Assembly (NCBI GenBank): GCA_038824665.1 | Contig: JAWBBK010000003.1 | Coordinates: forward strand, 318 to 64,317 | Reading direction: 5' to 3' | DNA: 64,000 bases | From: Acidilobaceae archaeon | GTDB lineage: Archaea > Thermoproteota > Thermoprotei_A > Sulfolobales > Acidilobaceae | Shown: piece by piece, positions 48,213-57,344 of the stretch | Layout of the letters: each line of letters opens with the position of its first letter | Numbering within the stretch: the stretch's first letter is position 1 | Translations under genes and position numbers: made by a program | The notes under the pieces: model-generated | Seen by the model: the letters and a program-made list of their open reading frames with translations, nothing else | Told to the model about the DNA's origin: nothing | The model's database searches: none

Positions 48213-49088
48213 TTAAAGAGGAGCGTTTACATCGTAAACTTTAGCTACGAGGTCTACATTTATTTTATACAGCTTCTCCTTCCATTCATCATCTAAAGCG
48301 GCTAGCTGTTGAACGAGTCTTGCCATTTCCCAAGGCTGTGTGACGGCTCCGGGTCTCTCAGGGTCGTCGAGAAAGTCGCTTTCGATCATATAGATAGGCT
48401 CTAACTTTGAGAGAGCATACTCAAGAGGTTGACGTAATCCCACTATAGTCGAAGAGTACCCTCTTCTCCAAGCTTCAATAGCTATTCTGAGGTCTGCATG
48501 ATGAAACACTATCTTGTGTTTCAAAGGCTTTAGTCTTTCTATCAGTTTGTCCGTGATCTCTACGGTATCTTCTTTAGCTTGTTCTAAGTGTAGATGGACC
48601 ACTGCTCCTAAGTCTCGAGCGCGTTCTATAGCATATTCCATTATTATATGAGAAGCAAGCACTCTATCGCTGGAAGTCTTGTAGTGTTGTCTACCGACCT
48701 CTCCTATCCCGTCTAGAAGTCCTCTCTCGATGAGAGAAGCAACGTACTCTACCACTCTTACTCCGATCTCGACTGCTTTAGCTGAGCTCAGCCTGTGTCT
48801 ATCTACGAGCTTATCTACTTCAGCTGGATGGAAGCCAGCGATACAAGCTATAGTGATCCCCTCTTCTTTAGCTTTTTTACACTCCTTCACATGAGCATCA
48901 ACGGTTTTTATGAAAGAGTCGAGACCTCTCTCCTCAATGCCATAAGCTGAAGGAGATAGAGAGACCAAAGCTAGAAACCATCCTCCAGACTTTTTGAAAG
49001 CCTCTGCTATAGCTTTAGCTCCTAGACCTCTCGCTGGACTAGCGTGACAATGTCCATCAGCTACCGGTATCAAGAAGTCTGCCCCCAT
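48213..49088 (-). CDS. TatD-family metallohydrolase
   Basis: DGHCH, GFHP, GIGEVGRQHY, VHLH, FHH and ESDF motifs. Confidence 0.9.
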   Translation of the reverse strand: MGADFLIPVADGHCHASPARGLGAKAIAEAFKKSGGWFLALVSLSPSAYGIEERGLDSFIKTVDAHVKECKKAKEEGITIACIAGFHPAEVDKLVDRHRLSSAKAVEIGVRVVEYVASLIERGLLDGIGEVGRQHYKTSSDRVLASHIIMEYAIERARDLGAVVHLHLEQAKEDTVEITDKLIERLKPLKHKIVFHHADLRIAIEAWRRGYSSTIVGLRQPLEYALSKLEPIYMIESDFLDDPERPGAVTQPWEMARLVQQLAALDDEWKEKLYKINVDLVAKVYDVNAPL

Positions 49089-50515
49089 TCTTTCAGCTTT
49101 TTCTCTATGACCTCTCTCACAGCTCTAGGGTCAACAGCTTTCTTCCCTATCCTCTTTATCGTAGCGCCTACTAAGTAGTTAAGAGCCTCTCTTTTACCTG
49201 AAAGGTAATCAGCTACCGCTTTCTTCTCCGCCTTCAGAGTCTCTTCTACAAAGACCTCGATGTCGACGATCTTCTCAGGTAGCAATTCCTCTATAGGCGC
49301 CAAGGGGTTCCGAGCTAGCTTGGGTAAGACTAGACCTTTGATGGTATCATAGGGGTATTCGCCTTTTTTCACCATCTCTGTCAGTTTGAGTATCGACCTC
49401 GCTGGAGGCCAGCTCGAGGGGTCATAGACGTCTTTCTCAAGCTCTTTTAACTCTCCTTTGTAGTCTACAGCTAACATTTTGGCTGTGAGAAGAGGGTCTG
49501 CGCCTCCTTCGACAGCTTCTAAGAACACTTTGAGAGAGCTCTTCACCTGAACTAAGCTCCACGCTAAGTCCTTAGAAACCCCTAGATTTAAGAGCTTAGA
49601 TAAGAGCACAGCAACGCTTTTCGTCTCGACCTCTCTCTCAGCATCTTTGACCATCTCTGGCGTCAAAAGGATAGGTGGTAGGTCGGGATCGGGGAAGTAC
49701 AAATACTCTTCCTCATACTCTTTATGTCTAAGCGATATTGTGATTCCTCTAGCTGAGTCCCAGTGTCTAGTCTCTCTACTAACTGAGCCTCCTGACTCTA
49801 GTATCTTCGTTTGTCTCATTATCTCAAACATCAAAGCCTTTTCAACATCAGCAATGCTACCTATGTTCTTGACCTCTACTCTCTCTCCATCAGCGACGCT
49901 GACGTTAGCGTCTACTCTGAAAGCTCCCTCTAGTCTAGGGTTGGTCACACCTAAGTGTTCGAGAGTTAAGAGTAAATACTCGATAAAAGCTCTCGCATCT
50001 TTAGGACTTTCCAAATCAGGTTCTGTAACTATCTCAAGAAGAGGCACTCCGCTTCTGTTGTAATCCACATAAGATAAAGGACTTCTGGTTATGTCTTCTT
50101 CGTAAGTCGTTCTTCCGGGGTCTTCTTCGATGTTAATCCTCTTTATTCTACACCTCTTCCAAGTCCACGTAACTGGATCGAGATAATCGAGATGTCCGCC
50201 TAAACACATAGGAACACCGCCTGCTTTCTCAAACATAGATATCTGATAGCTTTTTGGAAGATCTGGATAGAAGTAGTGTTTTCTTGTGAAAACGATCTTT
50301 TGAGGAATTCTGCAGTTCGTAGCTAACGCTGCTCTAAGCGCTAGCTCAACAACTCTTTTGTTGACCACTGGAAGAGCTCCCGGTAGACCTAGACAAACAG
50401 GACACACGTTAGTGTTGGGAGGCTTTCCTCTATAGTCAACGCTACAACTACAGAACAGCTTGGTCTTAGCCTCTGTCACTTGAACGTGTATCTCAAGTCC
50501 TATCTTAACCTTCAC
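49070..50515 (-). CDS. gatB: Asp/Glu-tRNA amidotransferase subunit B
   Basis: IGLEIHVQ, RKHYFYPDLPK, NRSGVPLLEIVTEPD and YFPDPDLPP motifs. Confidence 0.98.
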   Translation of the reverse strand: MKVKIGLEIHVQVTEAKTKLFCSCSVDYRGKPPNTNVCPVCLGLPGALPVVNKRVVELALRAALATNCRIPQKIVFTRKHYFYPDLPKSYQISMFEKAGGVPMCLGGHLDYLDPVTWTWKRCRIKRINIEEDPGRTTYEEDITRSPLSYVDYNRSGVPLLEIVTEPDLESPKDARAFIEYLLLTLEHLGVTNPRLEGAFRVDANVSVADGERVEVKNIGSIADVEKALMFEIMRQTKILESGGSVSRETRHWDSARGITISLRHKEYEEEYLYFPDPDLPPILLTPEMVKDAEREVETKSVAVLLSKLLNLGVSKDLAWSLVQVKSSLKVFLEAVEGGADPLLTAKMLAVDYKGELKELEKDVYDPSSWPPARSILKLTEMVKKGEYPYDTIKGLVLPKLARNPLAPIEELLPEKIVDIEVFVEETLKAEKKAVADYLSGKREALNYLVGATIKRIGKKAVDPRAVREVIEKKLKEWGQTS

Positions 50516-51950
50516 TTGCTATCACTCCTCTGATCTTCGTGAGTTCCTCAACGAACTCTCCTAAGGATAAGAGCTTGAAGTCCTCTAAGAACCCTCCTAT
50601 CCACTGTATCCCTATGGGTAGCCCCTGGTAAAAATCTATGGGCTGAGCTAGAGCGGGAAGTCCTGAAAGGTTAGCGATCACTGTGTAGATGTCCATAGAG
50701 TACAGCTTAAGAGGGTCTTCGATCCTCTCACCAAGCTTAGGAGGTAGGATAGGAGAGACTTGAGAGGCTATCACGCATTCTGATGTTAGCTTCAAAAGAG
50801 AGTCTCTCAAGAACCTCCTCAGCTTGGTGGCAGCCACGTAATGTTCTTCTCTATAGCCTTCGCTGAGGACGTAGACTCCCATAAGTATTCTCCTTTTGAT
50901 TTCAGGTCCGAAACCTCTAGACCTAACGGACGATATGAAGCTCTCCCAAGTGTTCTTCTCTGTTTTAAGAGGATAAAGAACGCCTGTGTATCTAGCTAGA
51001 TTGCTCGCAGCTTCGGCAAAAGCTATAGTGTAATAAGCAGGTAGCGCTTTAGCTAAAGAGGGTTCGCTCCTCTCTTCTATAGTAGCTCCTTCTGACTCTA
51101 GTCTTTTCAGTAGATTCCAATAAGACTTAACTAAAGGCTCGTCTGCTCCCTCCCAGAGCTCTTTTACTGCACATATCTTTAGCTTCTCGACTTTCAAAGG
51201 CTCTGTTAGAAGCTTGACGCTTCTCTTTAAAGTCGTAGAGTCTAAAGGGTCCCAGCCGCTTATCGTTTCAAGAAGAAGCGCTAAGTCTCTAGAGCTTCTA
51301 GCCATAGGGGAAACCTGTTCGAGGCTGTTCCCATAAGGTATGACTCCATATCTGCTAACTAAACCATATGTAGGCTTTAGCCCAAAGGTTGCTGTATAAG
51401 TTGCTGGAAGTCTAGCGGAGCCTCCTGTATCGGTTCCTAGAGCTAGATCACAACCTCCATAGGCTAACGCTGCTGCGCTTCCACCACTACTGCCTCCAGG
51501 AGTTCTCTCAAGATCCCAAGGGTTTCTAGTAGGTCCAAAAGCGCTCAGCTCTGTAGTAGAGCCCATAGCGAACTCGTCCAAGTTCGTTTTGCCTATTATT
51601 ATCGCGTCTTCTTCTCTCAACTTCCTAACTACTGTAGCGTCAAAAGGAGGAACGTAGAACGTCAAGATCTTTGAAGCTGCTGTTGTTGAGAAGTCCACAG
51701 TTGATATGTTGTCTTTAACAGCTACGAGTAGTCCTGCGAGTCTGCCTAGCCTATCGCCTTTCTTCACCTTCTCCGCTATCTCTCTAGCCTTCTCTTCAGC
51801 GAGTTCTAGGTTATCTAGAGTCACGTAGGCGTTTACCTTATGCTCCCATCTCAAAATTCGCTCGTATACTTTGTAAAGGTGTTCAAGTGGGTCCAGAACT
51901 CCTTCTCGTATATCTAAAGCTATCCGCCAGGCTTCAGTTAAAATCAACAA
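50505..51950 (-). CDS. gatA: Asp/Glu-tRNA amidotransferase subunit A
   Basis: VKDNI, GKTNLDEFAMGS, GGSSGGS, DTGGS.R.PA and FGPEIKRRI motifs. Confidence 0.97.
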   Translation of the reverse strand: MLILTEAWRIALDIREGVLDPLEHLYKVYERILRWEHKVNAYVTLDNLELAEEKAREIAEKVKKGDRLGRLAGLLVAVKDNISTVDFSTTAASKILTFYVPPFDATVVRKLREEDAIIIGKTNLDEFAMGSTTELSAFGPTRNPWDLERTPGGSSGGSAAALAYGGCDLALGTDTGGSARLPATYTATFGLKPTYGLVSRYGVIPYGNSLEQVSPMARSSRDLALLLETISGWDPLDSTTLKRSVKLLTEPLKVEKLKICAVKELWEGADEPLVKSYWNLLKRLESEGATIEERSEPSLAKALPAYYTIAFAEAASNLARYTGVLYPLKTEKNTWESFISSVRSRGFGPEIKRRILMGVYVLSEGYREEHYVAATKLRRFLRDSLLKLTSECVIASQVSPILPPKLGERIEDPLKLYSMDIYTVIANLSGLPALAQPIDFYQGLPIGIQWIGGFLEDFKLLSLGEFVEELTKIRGVIASEG

Positions 51951-52248
51951 TCCTACCGCCTCTCCACGGAGATTTTATATAGCCTCTTTCATCTACTATT
52001 GAAGAAAGCCTCCTAACGTCTACGGCTTTTTCTGGATCTTCAGCTGGTTCTCTTAAGTGTCCTATCTCCTCCCAGACGTGATAAAGAGGTTCTAACGCTA
52101 GACTCGCAGCCTCGCTTACACCTTTAAGATATGAGGCTATCTTCTCTACATCTCTACATATCTGTTTTATCTCATTATCATTTAATTCAAGCTTCGCTAT
52201 CTCAGCGAGTTTTCTCACTAAAGCTTCATCGCATCCTGTTTTGTCCAT
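51934..52248 (-). CDS. gatC: Asp/Glu-tRNA amidotransferase subunit C
   Basis: VRKLAEIAKLEL...LRE...GYIKSP; first gene of gatCAB. Confidence 0.88.
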   Translation of the reverse strand: MDKTGCDEALVRKLAEIAKLELNDNEIKQICRDVEKIASYLKGVSEAASLALEPLYHVWEEIGHLREPAEDPEKAVDVRRLSSIVDERGYIKSPWRGGRIVDFN

Positions 52249-52384
52249 TTAGAAGTCCCTCTCACCACAGAAAGCTTCTTGAGGTCAGAGCTTATCGCTC
52301 CTGTTGCTCAAACTCGCTCTGAGAATTTAACTAGCTACATGTATATATCTGAGATCGGTCGTTCTTAAGGACTTGGTGTGACGC

Positions 52385-52729
52385 TTGGAGCTGAAGTGCG
52401 TTCAGGAAGCCATGAGGAAAGCTTATTACATGAAAGACTTTGAGAGAGGAGTTTATGCGACTTTTACATGGCTTGTTGAAGAGATAGGAGAGCTTGCTGA
52501 AGCCCTTCTCTCTAAAGATAAGTCCAAGATAGAGGAAGAGATAGCCGACGTGATAGCCTGGACTCTCAGTCTTGCCAACTTAGTAGATGTTGATGTAGAG
52601 AACGCCTTTAAGAAAAAGTACTTGAAAGATGTAGAGAACGCTATGTGTGTAGATATTAGGCTCGAGTTTAACCCTGAGGTCGGGGAAAACTCTTGTCTAG
52701 CAAGAAAAAGAGAACTGGAGGACCTATGA
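52385..52729 (+). CDS. MazG-like nucleotide pyrophosphohydrolase
   Basis: WLVEEIGELAEA...EEEIADV.AW..SLAN. Confidence 0.92.
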   Translation: MELKCVQEAMRKAYYMKDFERGVYATFTWLVEEIGELAEALLSKDKSKIEEEIADVIAWTLSLANLVDVDVENAFKKKYLKDVENAMCVDIRLEFNPEVGENSCLARKRELEDL

Positions 52730-52854
52730 GCGCTGCTGGACTGATATCTTTCTATGAGGAGTTTGAAGGTAGATTTAGGCTTTCTCCTTTAGCTGTGCTT
52801 CTATTAGCTATAGCTGTGATAGCGATAGTTGGGTCTCTCCATATATTCTTCTAA
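52693..52854 (+). CDS. secG: Preprotein translocase subunit Sec61beta (not in ORF track)
   Basis: MSSKKKRTGGPMSAAGLISFYEEFEGRFRLSP followed by one TM helix. Confidence 0.9.
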   Translation: MSSKKKRTGGPMSAAGLISFYEEFEGRFRLSPLAVLLLAIAVIAIVGSLHIFF

Positions 52855-53201
52855 CTATATGTGAGAGATCTAAGCTTTGGACTTTGACCTAAAGTTAGAA
52901 CTTCCCAAACGATCTTAGCTACGTCTTCTCGATTAGCTTCTAATCTCTTATACCTCTCTGAACTTTTAGCTATCTCCAGAGCTCTGAGATGTACACAACT
53001 TCTCTCTTTGAGATGTTTGAGAAACTCGAAACAACTACAGTAAAGCCCTTCGATTATGATGTAATCGCTTGATCTCCCTATGAAAGCCCAAAGCCCGAGG
53101 TCTGGGTCAAGTAGAACAAACCTTTTTGAGAGTCCTAACATCTTGACTCTATCGTTTGAGCCTTTTGGAGGAGAGCTTTCAGAACTCATAATTGGGCTCA
53201 C
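52851..53201 (-). CDS. SWIM zinc-finger protein
   Basis: DYII..LYCSC.EF......SCVH motif. Confidence 0.8.
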   Translation of the reverse strand: MSPIMSSESSPPKGSNDRVKMLGLSKRFVLLDPDLGLWAFIGRSSDYIIIEGLYCSCFEFLKHLKERSCVHLRALEIAKSSERYKRLEANREDVAKIVWEVLTLGQSPKLRSLTYS

Positions 53202-53223
53202 ACTTTTTAACTGGGGGGTTAAC

Positions 53224-53940
53224 CTAGAGGTGTTTACGTTTCTTCCGTCTCTCGAACTTCAACACTTCATATCCACAAACAGATCGTCCTATAACCGCGT
53301 AGTCTGCATATCCAATAAAGACTCCAGTCTCAACAACTCCAGGTATCTCTTTGAGAAGCTCTTCTAATTGCTCTAAGTCTTCGATACCTGGCTCCAAATC
53401 CATTATGATGCCGCCCCAGTCCGATATTGTTGGTCCTCTCTTACCTGAAGAGGGTCTAGGTTTGACTTTAAGACCGAGAGACTCTATAGCCTTTAAGATC
53501 ATGTTTAGATATCCTGGCTCTACTTCTATTGGTATTGGTCTCTTGGAACCAACTTTCTCAACTAGCTTCTCTTCCGATAATATGAATATATTTGTTGAGC
53601 TGTTGTAAGCCATTATCTTCTCTCCAAGTAGAGCTCCGCCTCCACCTTTCAATATGAACCCTCTTCTATCCAATTCATCAACTCCATCTACATAAACGTC
53701 AAGAGAACTGACAGTTCGAGGGTCTAGAACTCTAAGTCCTAACTCTGAAGCCAAGAACGCTGTCTCTAGGCTTGAAGGCACTACAAATAAGCTCTTAGCG
53801 AGTTCGTCTTTAGAGAGTTTATAGAGAAACTCAGCAACAGTTCTCCCAGTTCCCACTCCGAGGACAAAGGGTTCTCGCATTAATTGTTTGAGAAGGGCTA
53901 GAGCCCCTTGAGTAGCTTCAGCTATTGGATCGCAAGACAA
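53224..53940 (-). CDS. rpiA: Ribose-5-phosphate isomerase A
   Basis: GVGTGRTV, DGVDE, KGGGGALLGEK and IPGVVETGVF; start corrected to TTG 53940 because the track ORF runs into origin boxes. Confidence 0.95.
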   Translation of the reverse strand: MSCDPIAEATQGALALLKQLMREPFVLGVGTGRTVAEFLYKLSKDELAKSLFVVPSSLETAFLASELGLRVLDPRTVSSLDVYVDGVDELDRRGFILKGGGGALLGEKIMAYNSSTNIFILSEEKLVEKVGSKRPIPIEVEPGYLNMILKAIESLGLKVKPRPSSGKRGPTISDWGGIIMDLEPGIEDLEQLEELLKEIPGVVETGVFIGYADYAVIGRSVCGYEVLKFERRKKRKHL

Positions 53941-53997
53941 AAAGTCCTCCCCCCAACTTGTTTCAGAGCTGAGAAGAAATAGTTGTGTGAGCAGTGG

Positions 53998-54019
53998 GTT
54001 CCAGAGGAAACAGAGGGGT
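53998..54019 (+). promoter_or_regulatory. ORB1 (Orc1/Cdc6 binding box)
   Basis: gttccagaggaaacagaggggt, a near-consensus ORB. Confidence 0.92.
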
Positions 54020-54073
54020 CTCAATAGCTATTTGTTCTATATGGTTTAGTTTGTTGTGAAGATGTGTAGAGGG

Positions 54074-54094
54074 ACCCCTCTATTTCTTTTAGAC
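54074..54094 (-). promoter_or_regulatory. ORB2 (inverted)
   Basis: Reverse complement gtctaaaagaaatagaggggt. Confidence 0.7.
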
Positions 54095-54187
54095 TAAGCC
54101 TAGAATAAGCGGAACTTTTCAACCAATACAAGACCTCACTAACATTATACAAACCATTATATAACACCACAACAACTCTGATATAGT

Positions 54188-54207
54188 CTCCAGAAGAAGT
54201 TGAGGGG
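54188..54207 (+). promoter_or_regulatory. ORB3
   Basis: ctccagaagaagttgagggg. Confidence 0.7.
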
Positions 54208-54275
54208 CGGGAGTATCGAGAGATCAGAGTAGTCGAACTCAGACAAACCTTTGAGGTCGAGGAGTGCTCTGGTGG

Positions 54276-54297
54276 GCTCCACAGGAAGCAGGGGGGT
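54276..54297 (+). promoter_or_regulatory. ORB4
   Basis: gctccacaggaagcaggggggt; with flanks it is 27/31 identical to ORB1. Confidence 0.88.
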
Positions 54298-54322
54298 CTC
54301 AACCCCCCGGTTAAACTAGTTG

Positions 54323-55654
54323 TTAAAATAGACGTGGTATGGGAGGAGTACGACCTATAACGCTCTCAACGCTAAGAGGGTTCAGAGGTAGACCAAAACC
54401 ATGTTTAGGCTTTCTCAAAGGCGGTGCTACAAGATGTCTCAATCTTCCAGGTCTTGGAGTATAGACAGCTGGAGAAAGAAGTGAACGCTTCTCTATCTCA
54501 ACTTTGATCATCTTGTTGATTGTATAACCACAACTCTTACAACGATAGCCTTTACCAGCTCCAACGCTCTCAAACCTATGACCACATAGAGGACATCGGG
54601 GGTTGACAAACAAAACTCTTTTAGATATCTTCTCAACAACAAGCTTCTCAGAGGCTATCACGACTTTCCCTCTTGGTTTATAAGGTCTCACACTACCATA
54701 AACCACTATCTCATCTCCTCTTCCAAGCATAGCGGCGATCTTGTTCAGAGGAAACGTTTCTCTATAGAATACAGCATCAACAACACCTTCTTCAGTCTCT
54801 ATCTCTACCACTGTATGGGAGCCAGGGATCACTTCTGGATTTTCAGAGACGACTCCTCTCACATATCCAGACTCGTAAGGATAGAGTCTTTCTTTTAGCG
54901 GTCTAGCGTGAACGTCAGTATGTTGATTAGACCTGAAGAGAGTCCAGAGGTCAGGCTCTTCACATAACAGCTTTGAGTATTCAGGAAGCAATTCATAACA
55001 GTCTCCTCGAAACCCAGCTAGAACGGGGTCATAACCTTTAGGAGAAGCCGTTAACTCCCCGGTTAATGGATCGTAGTTGTTGAAAACACAAGGAGGGAGG
55101 TCTCCTTCAAGCAGAGCTACTTTAATTCCTTCAACCACACATCTCTTAGTGCCCCACGCTTCAGGCTTTCTATAAGCTATTAGCTCAAAAGTATAATCAT
55201 CGTTTTCGTTTAGAGCGGTTAGCGCGGCTAGAGCTCCTATTGTTCCTCTGCCTCCACTCCACAAAAGCTTCTTCTTCTCAACTAGCTCGGTTGCCACATC
55301 TAGAGGAATAACGCTTGTGAGAGTTCTCTCATAAAATCTCCTTAGCTCTAGGTCTTTCCAAATAGCTCCGCTAGCCACTATAACTCCATAATCTTTCTTT
55401 CCACTATAAGCATTAGCTAGCTCTTCAACTCTTCTCAAGAGCTCTTCTAGAGATCCATCGTAGTACATCCTTAAGGCGACAGAAGCGTTGCCTCTAGTCT
55501 TCCAAGGAATAGCTGGGTTCAGTCTCACGAGAAGCGGAAGGTCAGCTAGCTTAACTTTATCTCTAAGCTCGTAGAGCAACAACGAAACAAAATGAGTAGT
55601 GCAACCAGCATGAAGACTGTCAACGCTATCCACAGATAAAGTGACTAGCTTCAT
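54323..55654 (-). CDS. tiaS: tRNA(Ile2)-agmatinylcytidine synthase
   Basis: GCTTH, LVRLNPAIPWKTRGN, SNQHTD, OB fold and NPRCPLCG...G.GKGYRC..C. Confidence 0.96.
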   Translation of the reverse strand: MKLVTLSVDSVDSLHAGCTTHFVSLLLYELRDKVKLADLPLLVRLNPAIPWKTRGNASVALRMYYDGSLEELLRRVEELANAYSGKKDYGVIVASGAIWKDLELRRFYERTLTSVIPLDVATELVEKKKLLWSGGRGTIGALAALTALNENDDYTFELIAYRKPEAWGTKRCVVEGIKVALLEGDLPPCVFNNYDPLTGELTASPKGYDPVLAGFRGDCYELLPEYSKLLCEEPDLWTLFRSNQHTDVHARPLKERLYPYESGYVRGVVSENPEVIPGSHTVVEIETEEGVVDAVFYRETFPLNKIAAMLGRGDEIVVYGSVRPYKPRGKVVIASEKLVVEKISKRVLFVNPRCPLCGHRFESVGAGKGYRCKSCGYTINKMIKVEIEKRSLLSPAVYTPRPGRLRHLVAPPLRKPKHGFGLPLNPLSVESVIGRTPPIPRLF

Positions 55655-55669
55655 AAAACACCTTCTTCG

Positions 55670-55939
55670 TTACGTAGACTTGACCTCTTTCTTTACCACT
55701 ATACACGTTATAGTGTTCCTAACTCCCTCAATCTTTCTTATCTTTTGGACCACTACTTGTCTTAACTCCTCTAACCCATCAGCTTTAACCACAGCTATCA
55801 AATCATGTATTCCATAGACTATGTAGGCTTCTTTTACTTCAGGGATCTCAAGGAGTTTTTGAAAAGCGATCTCTTCTTTTCCTATATCTACATTGACCAG
55901 AATCACGGCCTCTGTAGACACGAAACTCACCACGCCCAA
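55670..55939 (-). CDS. Stand-alone Lrp/AsnC ligand-binding (RAM) domain
   Basis: IPEVKEAYIVYGIHDLIA...IRKIEGV..T.T. Confidence 0.9.
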   Translation of the reverse strand: MGVVSFVSTEAVILVNVDIGKEEIAFQKLLEIPEVKEAYIVYGIHDLIAVVKADGLEELRQVVVQKIRKIEGVRNTITCIVVKKEVKST

Positions 55940-55970
55940 CCGATTTATCGAGATCGAGGTTTATAAACGA

Positions 55971-56237
55971 TCAGTCAGTTTGATTATCGCAAGAACAAAG
56001 ATCAAAAGCTAAAACGATAGCGTCTCTAAGCCCCATAGCCAATCCTAGAGCTCCTATAACCAACTGTTTAGAAGAAACGGTAGAAGGCGTGGTGTCAACG
56101 GCTCTAACCAAGTCTTCTACCAATCTAGAGAGTCCTCTCTCAAGAGCTTCTAAAACGTCTTTACAAGAAGGCTTAAGCGTATTCTCTCCAGGTGTAGCCA
56201 CACTTGGTACACCTATAAAATCTAGTGGGAGGTTCAT
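55971..56237 (-). CDS. Possible small hypothetical protein, start uncertain
   Basis: Fills the gap between tfs and the Lrp gene; its only ATG overlaps tfs by 65 nt. Confidence 0.3.
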   Translation of the reverse strand: MNLPLDFIGVPSVATPGENTLKPSCKDVLEALERGLSRLVEDLVRAVDTTPSTVSSKQLVIGALGLAMGLRDAIVLAFDLCSCDNQTD

Positions 56238-56523
56238 CAGCAGCTCTAGTTTGCATCATCCAGAAGTAAGCTCTATCGTTACCACACTTCGGACATACAG
56301 TAGAAACCGTTTGAGCTGTTTCAAGACTTTTCTCAGAGTTTAAAACCAGAGTTTTGTCCTTCGGGCTTCTTCTAGCGTTGCTCTTTACTTGGATCGTGAT
56401 CGGTTCTTGAGTTCTCTCAGAGTAACCACATCTAGGACAGACTAGAGAGTTAGAGCCGTTAGGCTCTCTCTTCGACTGCATTAAAGCTCCACATTTAGGG
56501 CAAAACCTTAACACTGCTCTCAC
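56173..56523 (-). CDS. tfs: Transcript cleavage factor TFS (RpoM family)
   Basis: FCPKCG...CPRCG and CPKCG...QTRAADEPPTRFYRCTKCGYTWREY. Confidence 0.96.
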   Translation of the reverse strand: MRAVLRFCPKCGALMQSKREPNGSNSLVCPRCGYSERTQEPITIQVKSNARRSPKDKTLVLNSEKSLETAQTVSTVCPKCGNDRAYFWMMQTRAADEPPTRFYRCTKCGYTWREYA

Positions 56524-56524
56524 C

Positions 56525-56827
56525 TCATCTATAGGGTTGAGTCGCTCTAGCTCTTCTCATCTTTTCAGCTAGACCTATAAGCTTAGCTAAGAAGGTTTCG
56601 TAGAAGCTAGCGGTTTTCACTAAAGCTGGAGGAGGCAGAACGCCACACGTGCAGTCTCCTAGAGCATAGCGGAGCTCTCCAACATAACCTTCTTTTCGCA
56701 ATCTCTCACAGAGTTCAGCACAACTGAAAGCTAAGACTAGAGCATCGAAGCTAACGCCTCGAAGCACGATAGAAGCGCAGATATCTTCGCTACATCTCGA
56801 TAAGAGAATCCTGACTTCAGGCTTCAA
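56525..56827 (-). CDS. Cys-rich hypothetical protein in the rpoL-tfs operon
   Basis: Overlaps the rpoL stop and abuts the tfs start. Confidence 0.65.
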   Translation of the reverse strand: MKPEVRILLSRCSEDICASIVLRGVSFDALVLAFSCAELCERLRKEGYVGELRYALGDCTCGVLPPPALVKTASFYETFLAKLIGLAEKMRRARATQPYR

Positions 56828-57149
56828 TAACTATTCCTCTCTCTTTCAAAGCCTTTAGGTAGAGGTCTCTAAACATCTGGTTCTTCTCCAAGATCTTCTC
56901 TAAAGCTTTAATTAACACATCGACTACGCTGGTTTCTCTGTTTTTGAGCGAAACGAAGACCACGACTTTATCTTCAAGAGGGTGAGGCTTCAGATAGCTA
57001 GCTATCTCCACCTCAGGTAGCTCGAGAAGGGTCTTAGCGAGCAGGTTGCCCATAGTGTGGTCTTCTCCATCTATCAACACTTTGTAGCTATTGTCTCCAA
57101 GCTTCTCGATGAAGACTCTGCTCTGCGTCTCTCCATTCACTTTATACAC
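56817..57149 (-). CDS. rpoL: RNA polymerase subunit Rpo11 (L)
   Basis: GEDHTMGNLL...ASY..PHPL. Confidence 0.95.
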   Translation of the reverse strand: MYKVNGETQSRVFIEKLGDNSYKVLIDGEDHTMGNLLAKTLLELPEVEIASYLKPHPLEDKVVVFVSLKNRETSVVDVLIKALEKILEKNQMFRDLYLKALKERGIVIEA

Positions 57150-57191
57150 CCTTTCTTCAGCTTATCGAGAGAGTCCTAATATATTAAGGAG

Positions 57192-57270
57192 TGAAGAGCC
57201 GGGAGCGACCCGTCCCACGTTCACACTCTCCCGAGACGCGGGAGCGTCGCGCGGGCAACCGGGGTCCGTT
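57192..57270. ncRNA. Candidate GC-rich structured RNA
   Basis: Very GC-rich intergenic island with nested pairings ccgg/ccgg, cccg/cggg and ctcccg/cgggag; TATA-like boxes on both sides. Confidence 0.45.
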
Positions 57271-57344
57271 TTACAAGCTCTAAACGACAGGTTATAAGTT
57301 TCCTATAGGATAGGGTTAGGAAAGACGTAGGAGGCTCGAATTTC

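Larger units (their letters stand above)
53945..54320. other. oriC: Chromosomal replication origin (oriC) with four ORB elements
   Basis: Non-coding gap holding four TCCA.nGAAAn...GGGG boxes and AT-rich spacers. Confidence 0.88.

Noticed and set aside
54021-54302. 93-aa ORF and the N-terminal extension of rpiA (MRPxCFLW repeats)
   Set aside because: These are antisense translations of ORB boxes in the origin.
57091-57297. 68-aa ORF across the GC-rich island
   Set aside because: It overlaps rpoL antisense and has atypical codons; an RNA structure explains the region better.
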